From contig JASEGJ010000003.1 in NCBI GenBank assembly GCA_030018135.1, positions 1 to 64,000 of the forward strand: a stretch of DNA of 64,000 nucleotides. The letters are read 5' to 3'. The position numbers and the translations under genes are program-made. The stretch is from Candidatus Hodarchaeaceae archaeon (GTDB taxonomy: Archaea; Hadarchaeota; Hadarchaeia; Hadarchaeales; Hadarchaeaceae). Below are positions 19,723 to 29,501 of this stretch, one piece after another (within the stretch, counting starts at the first letter, position 1; each line of letters opens with the position of its first letter). The notes beneath the pieces are model-generated. The model did not search any database. It was not told the DNA's origin and saw only the letters and a program-made list of their open reading frames with translations.

Positions 19723-19745
19723 AGCCAATGAAGTGTCACCTCCAG

Positions 19746-20816
19746 CTAAGTCAGTGTGGCTGCCCGCCTGGGTATTATGACATCTCCGACTATTGGTATT
19801 CTATTCCCGCAGCTCGGGCATCTACAGTCATCTAGCCGGACCTCGACTAGTTTCAGTCCGTAGCGTTTGAGGAGCAACCTACCGCAACTCGGGCAATATG
19901 TGTTCTCGTAGCGATGTCCCGGCACATTACCTACGTATACGTACACCAAGCCTTCTGACATGGCTATGTCATGGGCCAGCTCGAGGGTCGCGATCGGTGT
20001 AGGCGGGGCATTGAACTTGTAGGCGGGGGAATAGGCGGTGAAGTGCAAGGGCGTCTCGCTGCCCGCCTCGCGCAGGTGGCGCCTCGCGAGCTCCCGCAAC
20101 TGGTCCTCGCGGTCGTTGACGCCGGGGATGACGAGGTTCACGACCTCGACGTGTAGCCCCAGCCACTTGGCCTCGCGCACGTTTCGCCAAACTAGCTCGA
20201 CATCGGTGCCGCAGTACTTGCGCACGGCCTCCGCATTCCCCTTGACATCGATATTTATCGCATCTAAGCCAGCGTCGCGAAGCATCCGAAGCGCCTCGAG
20301 GGTCATAAAGCCATTTGTGACGAATGTATTGCGGTAGCCCGCTTTTTTAGCCAGCTTGAACATATCCAACGACCATTCGAATAGAAGAGTCGGCTCGTTA
20401 AACGAAACGCTCGTGGACTGACACCCGTACCCCTTAACCAGTTCCACGAATCTTTCTGGAGTAACGTATTCGCTTCTCGTGGGGTCGGGTGGAAATTTGC
20501 TGATGTGCCAATTTTGGCACCATTTGCATTCGAAATTGCAACTCCAGCTCCCAATCGTCAGTGAATCGCTTCCCGGCCAGAAGTGGTAAAATGGCTTCTT
20601 CTCGATGGGGTTTGCCGAAATCCCACTCGAGAGCCCATACTGCAGGGTGTAAAGTTCCCCTTCCTGATTCTGCCTTGTTTTACAAAAGCCTGATTTGCCC
20701 GGCGGGATAACGCAACGCCTTTCGCAGGTATTGCACTCCACCACATTTCCGCCCACCTTGTCGTAAAGCAAAGCTTTTCTGACCCACGGCTGCTTTAGAT
20801 TCAAAGTTGCACCCAT
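19746..20816 (-). CDS. amrS: AmmeMemoRadiSam system radical SAM enzyme
   Basis: C..CERRC.I, NPIEKKPFYHFWPG, CNFECKWCQNW.IS, YVYVGNVPG, NTYCP.CG. Confidence 0.93.
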   Translation of the reverse strand: MGATLNLKQPWVRKALLYDKVGGNVVECNTCERRCVIPPGKSGFCKTRQNQEGELYTLQYGLSSGISANPIEKKPFYHFWPGSDSLTIGSWSCNFECKWCQNWHISKFPPDPTRSEYVTPERFVELVKGYGCQSTSVSFNEPTLLFEWSLDMFKLAKKAGYRNTFVTNGFMTLEALRMLRDAGLDAINIDVKGNAEAVRKYCGTDVELVWRNVREAKWLGLHVEVVNLVIPGVNDREDQLRELARRHLREAGSETPLHFTAYSPAYKFNAPPTPIATLELAHDIAMSEGLVYVYVGNVPGHRYENTYCPSCGRLLLKRYGLKLVEVRLDDCRCPSCGNRIPIVGDVIIPRRAATLT

Positions 20817-20890
20817 CGTTATACATTAACGTTTTCGCACTTTTAGATGTGGGTTCCGAACTCGTGCAGTAAAGTGCTTCAAGTTTTGGG

Positions 20891-21847
20891 CTATCTAACT
20901 ATTTCGGCGCCGGCCCTTCCTTCAATGGCATCCGTGGCGTGGTCCAGCGAGGCAATTATCGCCCGCTTGCCCCCCCACTCCATGAACCTGACTGCGGCCC
21001 TGACCTTGGGCTCCATGCTACCCACCGCGAACTGGCCCTCCTGCAGGTAGCGCTTCGCATCCTCCACGGTAACCCTCCTGAGCCATCGCTCGCCGGGCTT
21101 CCCGTAATTTATCGCCACCCCGTCGACATCTGTTAGCATCATCAACACATCGGCGTCCACTGCCTCCGCCAGCTTCTCACCGGCCAGGTCCTTGTCTATG
21201 ACGGCTTCCACGCCGACCAACTTTCCATCTTTCTCTATCACAGGTATTCCTCCCCCGCCGGAAGCTATGGGGACGACATGTGCCTCGAGGAGCTGCCTTA
21301 TCGCCTCCTTCTCCGCTATGTCCTTGGGGTCGGGCGATGGGACGACACGCCTCCAGCCCCGCCCGGCGTCGTCGATCACGATCCACCCCCTCTCCTTCGC
21401 GAGCTTTTTTGCCTCCTCCTCGCTGTAGAAGGGTCCAACCGGCTTGGTAGGATTTTTAAATGCCGGGTCGTCCTTGCTCACGATGACCTGAGTAACGACC
21501 GTGGCTATGGGGATGTCTGGCCTTCCGCCTTCGACGAGGACCTCCCGCAGGCATTGCTGGATCATGTAGCCTATCAACCCTTGGCTCTCGGCGCCGCATA
21601 CGTCCATGGGCATCGCCGGTATGCCGTACCTCTGCCCGGCGTCGTTCTGCAGGAGGATCGCTCCCACTTGGGGGCCGTTGCCGTGGGTTATTACCACCTG
21701 ATATTTGCCGCTCAAGATCATCTTGCCCATGTGCTCCGCCGTCCTCCTGACGTTTGCCAGCTGCTCCTCGTACGTCCCCTTCTGCCCCTTCTGGAGGATG
21801 GCGTTCCCGCCCAAGGCCACGACGACCCTTGTCTTGGTTTTCGGCAA
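20891..21847 (-). CDS. arcC: Carbamate kinase (Pyrococcus CpkA-like)
   Basis: [51 protein letters not shown]. Confidence 0.96.
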   Translation of the reverse strand: MPKTKTRVVVALGGNAILQKGQKGTYEEQLANVRRTAEHMGKMILSGKYQVVITHGNGPQVGAILLQNDAGQRYGIPAMPMDVCGAESQGLIGYMIQQCLREVLVEGGRPDIPIATVVTQVIVSKDDPAFKNPTKPVGPFYSEEEAKKLAKERGWIVIDDAGRGWRRVVPSPDPKDIAEKEAIRQLLEAHVVPIASGGGGIPVIEKDGKLVGVEAVIDKDLAGEKLAEAVDADVLMMLTDVDGVAINYGKPGERWLRRVTVEDAKRYLQEGQFAVGSMEPKVRAAVRFMEWGGKRAIIASLDHATDAIEGRAGAEIVR

Positions 21848-21897
21848 GGATATCCCTGCTGAACGCTATTATCAATAGCCACATGTTTTAAGTTTTT

Positions 21898-22270
21898 TCA
21901 AGCTACGCGGGTTGTCGAATAAATCCACACAATAATTAAAATTTCCTTGTCTTTTTGCGCGCGGACTCGCGCCGAGGTTCGCAGGTTGTGGGCCACAGCC
22001 ATGAGCATGATGTTAAAAATCTGTACATGGAGCAACTTGCACCTGATTCCACCGTCGTATCGGGTCTCGATGCCACCGAAAAATCCCTCGGCCACCTTGC
22101 GCAAGCGGTAGAGCTCTCGGTTTTCTTCGAACTCTTTGAAAACTTCCCTCCGCACGAAAGCGTGGGGTCCCTCCATCCTTTTCTGCTGGCTTGATGATGG
22201 GGTTTGAATCCGTGTTGCCCCGCGAATTCTCTAACGAACTCGGCATCGTAAGCGGGATCCCCCAGCAAGG
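21898..22270 (-). pseudogene. IS4/IS5-superfamily transposase C-terminal remnant (frameshifted)
   Basis: LGDPAYD and YRLRKVAEGFFGGIETR...AVAHNL are spread over different frames. The end reads WIYSTT through a possible terminal repeat GGGTTGTCGAATAAATCC (from about 21909). Confidence 0.7.
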
Positions 22271-22335
22271 GCTCGCCTCTAACCCTATTGTCAAATGGTT
22301 CGCTGGGAAATCTTGATGCACGTGTATCAAAAAAT

Positions 22336-23277
22336 TCAGCTTAAGAGTATGAGCCCAGCGAGATAAAATGCGTAGAGCGTGAGCAGTGCCCAGCTCTCGC
22401 CCCGTGTCAGCCTTTGTCCGGTCCGCATGAAAACCAGCAGTGACGCCATGATCAAAAACATCATCAAATTGCTGAACCATATCTTTTGAAGGCCGACGGA
22501 CAGCGGCCTTATCACCGCGGAGAGTCCGAGAACCCAAGTAAGGTCGAGGATGTTGGCGCCGACGATGTTCCCCAGCGAAAGTTCGGGCACCCCCTTGAAG
22601 GCGGACATGACGGCCGTGACCAACTCGGGAAGCGACGTACCGATGGCGACCATTGTAGAGCCTATTACGGCTTCCGATACCCCCAGGGATTCAACGATGC
22701 CCATTCCGGAATAGATGAGGAGCCTGCTGCCCACCAGTATGCCTAGGGCCCCGAACGAAAACAGGAGAATGGGGCGCCCCAGTCTGAATGGGTACCCTGG
22801 CATCCGCGCTCGAGCTATCCGCGCGTTCCTCCGCTCCCTTCGCACGATAAATCTGAGGAACAGCACCAAGAGCAGCAGGAGCCCCACGCCCTCATAGCGG
22901 CTAAGCGTGCCGTCCCACGCGATAATTGTCACGAGTGCCCCAAGCCCGACCATTACCGCCCCCTCGTTCAGCCTATCCCTCTCTACGTGGATTGCCACGG
23001 TTGCCGCCACTATCGCAAGGATCAAGGCGATGTTCGCGATGCACGTCCCCACGGCATTTCCGTACGCCAATCCGACATTTCCTATGCCAGCCGCCATGGT
23101 CGAAGCGACGAGTTCCGGGGCGACGGTGGCAAAGCTCACGAGCGTTAGGCCTATAACTGCCCGCGATAGGCCCAGCCTGCGGGCTATCGCACACGCCGAG
23201 TCGACGAATACATTGCCACCTATGGCGATCGATGCAAGACCGGCCAAGAGGGCGAGGGTGTACAAGATCGCGGACAT
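22336..23277 (-). CDS. Ca2+/Na+ (CaCA, YrbG-like) antiporter
   Basis: Alpha repeats SFATVAPEL/GNAVGTCIAN and AIGTSLPEL/GNIVGANI. Confidence 0.92.
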   Translation of the reverse strand: MSAILYTLALLAGLASIAIGGNVFVDSACAIARRLGLSRAVIGLTLVSFATVAPELVASTMAAGIGNVGLAYGNAVGTCIANIALILAIVAATVAIHVERDRLNEGAVMVGLGALVTIIAWDGTLSRYEGVGLLLLLVLFLRFIVRRERRNARIARARMPGYPFRLGRPILLFSFGALGILVGSRLLIYSGMGIVESLGVSEAVIGSTMVAIGTSLPELVTAVMSAFKGVPELSLGNIVGANILDLTWVLGLSAVIRPLSVGLQKIWFSNLMMFLIMASLLVFMRTGQRLTRGESWALLTLYAFYLAGLILLS

Positions 23278-23290
23278 GGGCGCAGCTCCA

Positions 23291-24457
23291 CTACCTCGTG
23301 ATTTGCCTGAACAGCACCGGAGCCAGAAGCGTGGTCGTCAACGTGGTCGCTATCATCACGGCAAATAGATCCGGCGGTACCACCCTGGCTTCAAGCCCAA
23401 AGAGCAGTACCGCAACCTCAAGCGACCCACGCGGGCACATGGCTGTGCCGATTGTCAGGCGGTCCCTCCCCCTATATCCAACTGCCGCGGCCCCGGCGCC
23501 GCCCCCTATGATCTTACCCGCAAATGCGGCAGCGATCAGCAATAAGAGCATCGCGACCTTGATTTGCCCCCAATCCGGCGCGAAGGTGAGCCCAACGTAT
23601 ACGAAAAACATGGGGGTGAGTATGGATTGAAATGAGGTCGTGATGTCGTCCAAAATAGCATTCAACCTGATCCTGCTGAGCAGGAGGGCGTCGGGCCTCT
23701 CGCGTAGCCTGCTGATGAACAGGCCAGCCATATATGCGCCGATTATCTCGTGGAGCCCGATTTTGCGGGCGATTACCGCGAGGACGAGCGCGAGGGATAG
23801 GGCAAAGGTAAGCGGAGCGCCCCCCCTCTCGAACCTCCAAATCCTCCGCATGGTGTCCTTCTCTATTATGAGCTTGCGCGATAGGTAGACGACGACCAAG
23901 AAAAACACAACTATCAATATGGTCGCCCAAGCCAGCGCGTTTGGGTCCAGCCTCTTTTCCGGGCTCAGGGCTACCATGGAAAGGATGCCGATGATGTAAA
24001 CGGCGAGAATATCGTCGATGAGTGCCACACCAACCACTAGCTGACCAAGCGGGCGAGTTCCGACCATGCGAACGACGATCTCCGTGGCGGTGTTGCTCAG
24101 GGCCGCCCCGACGAAGAGGCAGGCGACCGTTGGGTAGTTCCATGCGTACGCGACGCCAAACCCGAGCGCAAAGGAAGCTGCCATGCCGCAAAGCGCGATG
24201 ATCAACGCCTTAAATTTCACCCTCAGGAACAGGTCGAAGCGCGAGTTCATGCCGGCGACGAGCATGAGCACAACCAGCCCGAGCATGGCAATCGCCTTGA
24301 TGAAGTCGGTCGGGTCCATCCACCCGAGCAGGGCCGGGCCGAGCACCACTCCGGTCGCGACCTCGCCGATTAGCGGCGAAAAGCCGTATTTGTGCAGCAA
24401 CTCGCCGAACACCTTCGCGCAGAGCAACAGCACTAGCAGCTCGAGCAGAAACTCCAT
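23291..24457 (-). CDS. Cation:proton antiporter (CPA2)
   Basis: IGEVATGVVLGP, VALIDDIL, PMFFVYVG, AMCPRG. Confidence 0.9.
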   Translation of the reverse strand: MEFLLELLVLLLCAKVFGELLHKYGFSPLIGEVATGVVLGPALLGWMDPTDFIKAIAMLGLVVLMLVAGMNSRFDLFLRVKFKALIIALCGMAASFALGFGVAYAWNYPTVACLFVGAALSNTATEIVVRMVGTRPLGQLVVGVALIDDILAVYIIGILSMVALSPEKRLDPNALAWATILIVVFFLVVVYLSRKLIIEKDTMRRIWRFERGGAPLTFALSLALVLAVIARKIGLHEIIGAYMAGLFISRLRERPDALLLSRIRLNAILDDITTSFQSILTPMFFVYVGLTFAPDWGQIKVAMLLLLIAAAFAGKIIGGGAGAAAVGYRGRDRLTIGTAMCPRGSLEVAVLLFGLEARVVPPDLFAVMIATTLTTTLLAPVLFRQITR

Positions 24458-24460
24458 GTT

Positions 24461-24709
24461 TTAGAACCCCCGCTTCCGCCAGAGCGTTCGTCCCCGCGCC
24501 TCGATTCGAAGGATTCGGTGGTAGGGGATATCAACCTCCCCCTCCTGCGAAGCTACCCTCATGAAGGCCCGCCCGAGTTCCTTTATGTCGCTGCCCTCGA
24601 CGACGCGAATGTTCCCCGGAGCGCCTCTGTGCACTATCGCCACCCTAACGTCGAGTAGGCTGAGCCTCGGGTGCCACTTGAGCCTGTTTAATTCGTCGCG
24701 CGCCCCCAT
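24461..24709 (-). CDS. DUF504 family protein (putative RNA repair-associated)
   Basis: R..LNRLKW, HRGAPG, IPYHRILRI; start re-assigned to ATG at 24709. Confidence 0.8.
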   Translation of the reverse strand: MGARDELNRLKWHPRLSLLDVRVAIVHRGAPGNIRVVEGSDIKELGRAFMRVASQEGEVDIPYHRILRIEARGRTLWRKRGF

Positions 24710-24925
24710 GTAAACCAAGAGCCCTATTTTTGATTGTACATTTACCGTTATCGCCCCCATGCGAATTCTCCGCCATGCTACTTATGAATCAACCTAGCTG
24801 GTAGCGGGAGGAGTCCACGCTCGTGCAAGCAATTCGGCAAATTTTTACATTTTAAGATGCGAGAGCCCGCCAGCTTGAGCTATTTATCCTCGCACACAAA
24901 CCGAGGGCTTGAAGGCGGGATTGAA

Positions 24926-25552
24926 ATGTTTTCCTACGTATTCTTGCTCGGGCGCCCCGGCTCAGGCAAGTCGGCCGTCTATAAGATGTTTGTCGAGCGC
25001 ATGCTTCGAGAGGGGCTGGCAAGCGAGGTGATGCGCATCGACGACTTCCCGATCCTGAAGCAGATCCTCGACGAGGACGTTGAGTTCAAGCGCCACGTTA
25101 GGAAGGAGGGCGGGTTCGAGGTCACGGATTTCTCCATACTCGACGATGTGCTTAAGCGCATCAACGGCCAGCTCAAGGAATTGCAAAAGCCCGGCAGGGT
25201 GATATTTGTCGAGTTCTCGCGCGATAGCTACGCCAATGCGCTAGGAAATTTTGACGATGGGGTGCTTAGTCGCTCGCTCTTGGTTTACATCTACTGCCCA
25301 TTCGAGGTCTGCTTGGAGAGGAACGCGAGAAGGTTCAAAGAAGGGCTCAAGGATGTTGATGATCACATCGTACCCCGCGACCTCATGGAAAAGTACTACC
25401 GCTATGACGACTACGAGGAGCTTTTTTTGAAATCGGAGAATGAACTGAAAGCACGAGCCCCCGCCCCGATCGTGGTAGTCAAGAACAACGTTGAGGGGTT
25501 AGATCATCTCAAATTGGAAATCGAGAAGGTAGTAACTGCTTTGAAAATTTAG
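24926..25552 (+). CDS. P-loop NMP-kinase-like protein
   Basis: FLLGRPGSGKS at the N-terminus; CLERNARR lid-like motif; start ATG at 24926. Confidence 0.75.
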   Translation: MFSYVFLLGRPGSGKSAVYKMFVERMLREGLASEVMRIDDFPILKQILDEDVEFKRHVRKEGGFEVTDFSILDDVLKRINGQLKELQKPGRVIFVEFSRDSYANALGNFDDGVLSRSLLVYIYCPFEVCLERNARRFKEGLKDVDDHIVPRDLMEKYYRYDDYEELFLKSENELKARAPAPIVVVKNNVEGLDHLKLEIEKVVTALKI

Positions 25553-25558
25553 CTCCCG

Positions 25559-26341
25559 TCAAGGATGGTCGTGCCCGTATGGACAGAAGTGCCTTAGATT
25601 CAGAATTTTTGCAGCCCCCTTGCTGGTGACTCCGTAAATCACAGGTTTAACCCCGTAAGTTTCGCACCATCCGATTAACTCGGGCAACGTCCCACTAGCT
25701 AAAGTACTGCCGGTTATACAGGCAACGTCGACCTTTCTTATCACTTCTTCATTTGCTGATCCATCCAAAATCTTTCTCCCGAACTTCACTTCCCCAACGT
25801 TTTCAGAATCTAGGTCAGTAACATAACTCTCGAAATGTTTTGAACACGCCTCCACGTGGCTAGGCTGATAGCCGATGTGCGCAACCCGGACCTTACCGAA
25901 GTTCTCCAAGATATACGCGGCCAATCGCTCGCCGCACTTCCTCGGCTCATCACCCTTACAGTGAACCGTTCCCCGGATTAACCCAACGTAGCTGAGCGTC
26001 GCGTTTAACGTGGCAAAGAAAACGGCTTTGTCTCCCTTATCGCCAAATAATAGTTCACACACGTCCTCGATCCCCCCCCTGAAAGTTTTTGGTTCGTCGG
26101 TGAAGGCGTCCCCGTAGTGATCCTCAAGCTTGCATCGGACGAGAACTTCCTTTCCTTTTGCCAGCGCATACTCCCTTGAGGGTAACTTGAAATGTTGTTC
26201 GATGAAATTTTTGGGCGTAGAGGATAACCGTGGCCGACGATCACTGAATCCCTTTGCTATTATCCCACAGCTGACCTCCTTCTCCTGAAGCTTATGCTTT
26301 TCAACTATTTTTTTGAACTCCCCGTTTATCTTTTCATACAT
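25559..26341 (-). CDS. DUF364-like Rossmann-fold protein (putative metal chelation)
   Basis: GDAFTD, ATLNA.L, T.HC...EP..C, IGYQP, ITGSTL.SGT, FCPYGH. Confidence 0.75.
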   Translation of the reverse strand: MYEKINGEFKKIVEKHKLQEKEVSCGIIAKGFSDRRPRLSSTPKNFIEQHFKLPSREYALAKGKEVLVRCKLEDHYGDAFTDEPKTFRGGIEDVCELLFGDKGDKAVFFATLNATLSYVGLIRGTVHCKGDEPRKCGERLAAYILENFGKVRVAHIGYQPSHVEACSKHFESYVTDLDSENVGEVKFGRKILDGSANEEVIRKVDVACITGSTLASGTLPELIGWCETYGVKPVIYGVTSKGAAKILNLRHFCPYGHDHP

Positions 26342-26373
26342 GTGGTGTCTCCCTGCTCACGCTTGGTGATCGG

Positions 26374-26796
26374 TCACAGAATCTCAACTTTCCCTTCTTT
26401 GCTAACCATAATGCCGAAGTCTGTGAGGGCCTTTCTACGTTTGAGATTCTTCCTTCCAAGCGTTTCCGTTATCAGCCTCGTAAGCTCTGAATAATTACGA
26501 GTTATTTTGATCCCCCTCTCATCGGCTTTCCTGAACACCTGTTCTGAGACGCTGTAAACGTTGGATCCCGCCCTCACATCTATTTTGATCGGCCACTCGA
26601 TGGTCCCGATTAGCTTTAGAGTATTCCTAGCTCGTTCCACATTGCGTTCAGCGATTTTTATGATGCGGCTGACATTTGACCTGCTTGTTCCCAGCTCTTC
26701 CGCTATCTGCGTCAGACTCTTCCCTTCCCTCCTCCTTTTGAGCACCTCGAACTGCCTTCTTGTAAGATGGGTTTCCTTTATGTTAACCATTTTCAT
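26374..26796 (-). CDS. Tfx family DNA-binding protein
   Basis: T.LT.RQ.EVL..R..G.S...IA..LGTSR.NVS.I...A..NVE.ARNTL. Confidence 0.88.
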   Translation of the reverse strand: MKMVNIKETHLTRRQFEVLKRRREGKSLTQIAEELGTSRSNVSRIIKIAERNVERARNTLKLIGTIEWPIKIDVRAGSNVYSVSEQVFRKADERGIKITRNYSELTRLITETLGRKNLKRRKALTDFGIMVSKEGKVEIL

Positions 26797-26835
26797 TGCT
26801 CATTAGACTTATATTGACTGGTTTGGGTATAAAAA

Positions 26836-27360
26836 ATGGTGCCTATGAAGCTTGAAACAGCACTCGAGCTGTTCGGGAAAAATCCTTTCGTCCACGCTCT
26901 GATAATCGCGACCGTATTTGTCTATCTTATTTTGTTGATCGCCAAACCCACGGTCGCGAAAAAATCTGCAAAAGATTCGATCAGAACTTTGAAAAGTTTG
27001 ATGATTCCAATAATTGCCGCCTTATTCATAGCTGGCGCAATCAAATTCCTCGTTCCCTCCAAAATGCTCGCTGGATTTCTTGGGGAACAGGCGGGGATTG
27101 CCGCCGTCTTCATCGGGGTCGCGATCGGAAGTTTGCTACCAGCTTGCCCTTTCATCTCCTTCCCGATAATCGCGGGTGTTTATGCTGCTGGTGCGAGTCT
27201 TGTCGGAGTGATGGCTATGCTTTTCGGGTCTGGGCTCGCCTTCGCGTGTCGGGTCACTTGCGATCTCATGTTTTTTAACCCAAAGGTTGCCGGAGCCCGG
27301 ATGACGCTGTCGTTCTTCGTGGCCGTCGTTGCAGGGCTTCTGGTTTACTTCATCATCTGA
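26836..27360 (+). CDS. Permease (DUF318/COG0701-like half)
   Basis: Hydrophobic; LG..AG..AV..G..IGSLLPACPFISFP. Confidence 0.75.
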   Translation: MVPMKLETALELFGKNPFVHALIIATVFVYLILLIAKPTVAKKSAKDSIRTLKSLMIPIIAALFIAGAIKFLVPSKMLAGFLGEQAGIAAVFIGVAIGSLLPACPFISFPIIAGVYAAGASLVGVMAMLFGSGLAFACRVTCDLMFFNPKVAGARMTLSFFVAVVAGLLVYFII

Positions 27361-27369
27361 GGTGAAGCA

Positions 27370-27921
27370 ATGGAGACGAAGGAAAAGATCTACTTGAGCA
27401 TAGTAATCGCGGCGGTTCTTCTCTACTTGGTGACTTGGCTTTTGGACCCCACGCGAGTCAAAAAATGCGTTGCCGCGAGTTTTTCTGAAGTGAAGAAACT
27501 GTTCATCCCTATCTTGGCAGCGATCTTCGCCGGAAGTGTCGCAAAGAACCTTCTGCTGGGAAGCCGTTTCATGAAGATCTTGGGTGGTAAATCCAAGCTG
27601 AGGGGGGTAGTTGCGGGGGGGACGCTCGGCAGTCTGTTGCCGCCATGTCCTTACGCCTCCTATCCGTTGATAAAAGGCGTAAGCGACGGAGGAGCCAACT
27701 CCCTGAGCACGATGGCGATGCTCCTCGGCCTCACGTCGGTGGCGGTGGGGCGAGTTTTCGCCGGGATCGCGATCTTGGGCCCGGAGATCGAAGGACTCAG
27801 AATACTTTTTTCATTTTTGGCAGTGATGCTCGTCGGCACCCTTTGCTTCTACTTTGACCGCGCCTTGGAGGTTAAGAGAAGGTTGCCGCGTGTTCTGAGC
27901 CGCGCGAGCGAACCCAAGTGA
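27370..27921 (+). CDS. Permease (DUF318/COG0701-like half)
   Basis: Paralogous GSLLPPCPYASYP motif; GAGGTGA RBS. Confidence 0.75.
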   Translation: METKEKIYLSIVIAAVLLYLVTWLLDPTRVKKCVAASFSEVKKLFIPILAAIFAGSVAKNLLLGSRFMKILGGKSKLRGVVAGGTLGSLLPPCPYASYPLIKGVSDGGANSLSTMAMLLGLTSVAVGRVFAGIAILGPEIEGLRILFSFLAVMLVGTLCFYFDRALEVKRRLPRVLSRASEPK

Positions 27922-28111
27922 TCAAATTCGCTGCCTTAGCTCTACTGCGTGGGGACACTCGCGGTTTTGTTTTCTGGGAGCTAGCATAGTGGCCATCGCA
28001 TCGGGACCTTAGAGTACTGACAAATTTCCCCCAACGCCGCTGCTATCCGAACCAACGAGAGATGAAGGTAATACTTTTATTCAAATAGGTAATATCAATT
28101 GAGGCGATGCG

Positions 28112-29386
28112 ATGCTCAATTATATGATCGAGAGAATGACTAGGAAAAAAATTGGAAATGTCAAATTTTCCAGAACCAAACCAGAAATCCCAAATGATAA
28201 GGATGAAATCGGTCTATACATCCACATACCATTTTGTAAGGTCCCATGTCCGTTCTGCGCTTACATCCGCTATCCTTGGAACCCAAAGCTCGAGCGACCT
28301 TACGTGGAGGCCGTGAAGGAGGAGATAAACCTCTACCGGGAGAGGCTAAGCGACGTGAAAATAAACTCTATATACGTCGGCGGGGGCACCCCAACCATCA
28401 TGCCTGAGGGCATTGCCGATATCCTCAGACATGCCGAGGACACTTTCGACGTGAGCAGCGACATAGGAGTCGAATCAAACCCCGATGATTTGAATGAAAA
28501 AACCCTTGAGCTTCTGCTTGACGCCGGCGTGAGCAAGCTCAGCATGGGGGTACAGTCCTTCAACGACGAGATCTTAAAAGCGATAGGGAGACGAAGCCAC
28601 GACGCAAAACAGGCGCTTGACGCAATAGAACTCGTCATGGACAACGGTGGATTTGACACTTTCAGCATCGATTTGATGTTTTCCCTGCCGACCCAGTCCC
28701 TCTCCAGTTTGAAGAGAGATCTCGAGATAGCCATCGAAAAGGGCGTGCCGCAGGTCGCAACTTATCCCCTCCTCTTGTTCCCCTACTGCAAGATGTACCG
28801 CGATGAGAAAGAGGGAAAGGTGAAGCTGCAGAACAAAAAAATCGAAAAGTGCATGTACGACACCATCGTGGATTCCTTCACGGATGCGGGCTATGAACCA
28901 TGTTCGGTCTGGAGCTTCGTAAAGCAAGGGATAGACAAGTACGGATCGGTCGAACGCGATGAGTACGTTGGGATAGGCGCGGGGGCGATGAGTTCTGTGA
29001 ACCAATACTTTTACGCCAACACCGCTTCGATCGAGGAATACACCCGGACGGTAGGGGAGGGAGCTCTACCAATAACGATCGGGGCAGAGTTCCAGCCGGA
29101 GGGCGTCGCGGCGAGATGGCTGTCTATGTCACTTTACGAAACGGGGTTCGACAAGCGCGAGTTCAAAAATCGCTTCAGCATGGGTGTCGACGAGAAATTT
29201 AAATCATTCCTGCGCTGGCTCAAACTCTTTGGGATCATAAAACTCGAAGGAGATCACGTCCAAGTTACAAGGAAAGGTATGTGCCCCATCCATCTGATGA
29301 CAAAAACATTCTTGCTCACGTTCATAGCCAAAGCGTGCGTCGCGTGCATGGAAAACCCAAAGCCCCTAAACTTGCAGGTAGGCTAA
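28112..29386 (+). CDS. HemN-like class C radical SAM enzyme (MenK-like)
   Basis: LYIHIPFC..PCPFC, YVGGGTP, LSMGVQSF, IDLMFSLP.Q, QVATYPL, EYVGIGAGAMS. Confidence 0.85.
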   Translation: MLNYMIERMTRKKIGNVKFSRTKPEIPNDKDEIGLYIHIPFCKVPCPFCAYIRYPWNPKLERPYVEAVKEEINLYRERLSDVKINSIYVGGGTPTIMPEGIADILRHAEDTFDVSSDIGVESNPDDLNEKTLELLLDAGVSKLSMGVQSFNDEILKAIGRRSHDAKQALDAIELVMDNGGFDTFSIDLMFSLPTQSLSSLKRDLEIAIEKGVPQVATYPLLLFPYCKMYRDEKEGKVKLQNKKIEKCMYDTIVDSFTDAGYEPCSVWSFVKQGIDKYGSVERDEYVGIGAGAMSSVNQYFYANTASIEEYTRTVGEGALPITIGAEFQPEGVAARWLSMSLYETGFDKREFKNRFSMGVDEKFKSFLRWLKLFGIIKLEGDHVQVTRKGMCPIHLMTKTFLLTFIAKACVACMENPKPLNLQVG

Positions 29387-29466
29387 GCGTTGCTTCTCTT
29401 CAGTCTTCGGATGGATTTTATTGCAATTGCATATAACAACAACAGTTAAAAACACTTTCACGCTAA

Positions 29467-29486
29467 AAATTAGGCATGCCTAATTT
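29467..29486. promoter_or_regulatory. DtxR/MntR-type operator upstream of feoAB
   Basis: Perfect 20-bp palindrome AAATTAGGCATGCCTAATTT with a TTAGG-N4-CCTAA core, 15 bp before feoA; a DtxR-family gene follows feoB. Confidence 0.85.
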
Positions 29487-29501
29487 CAAGGAGAGCCGTA
29501 T

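Noticed and set aside
24710-24925. Fluoride riboswitch upstream of the antiporter operon
   Set aside because: No GGCGATGG..CGCC/TGATG pseudoknot pattern on the relevant strand.
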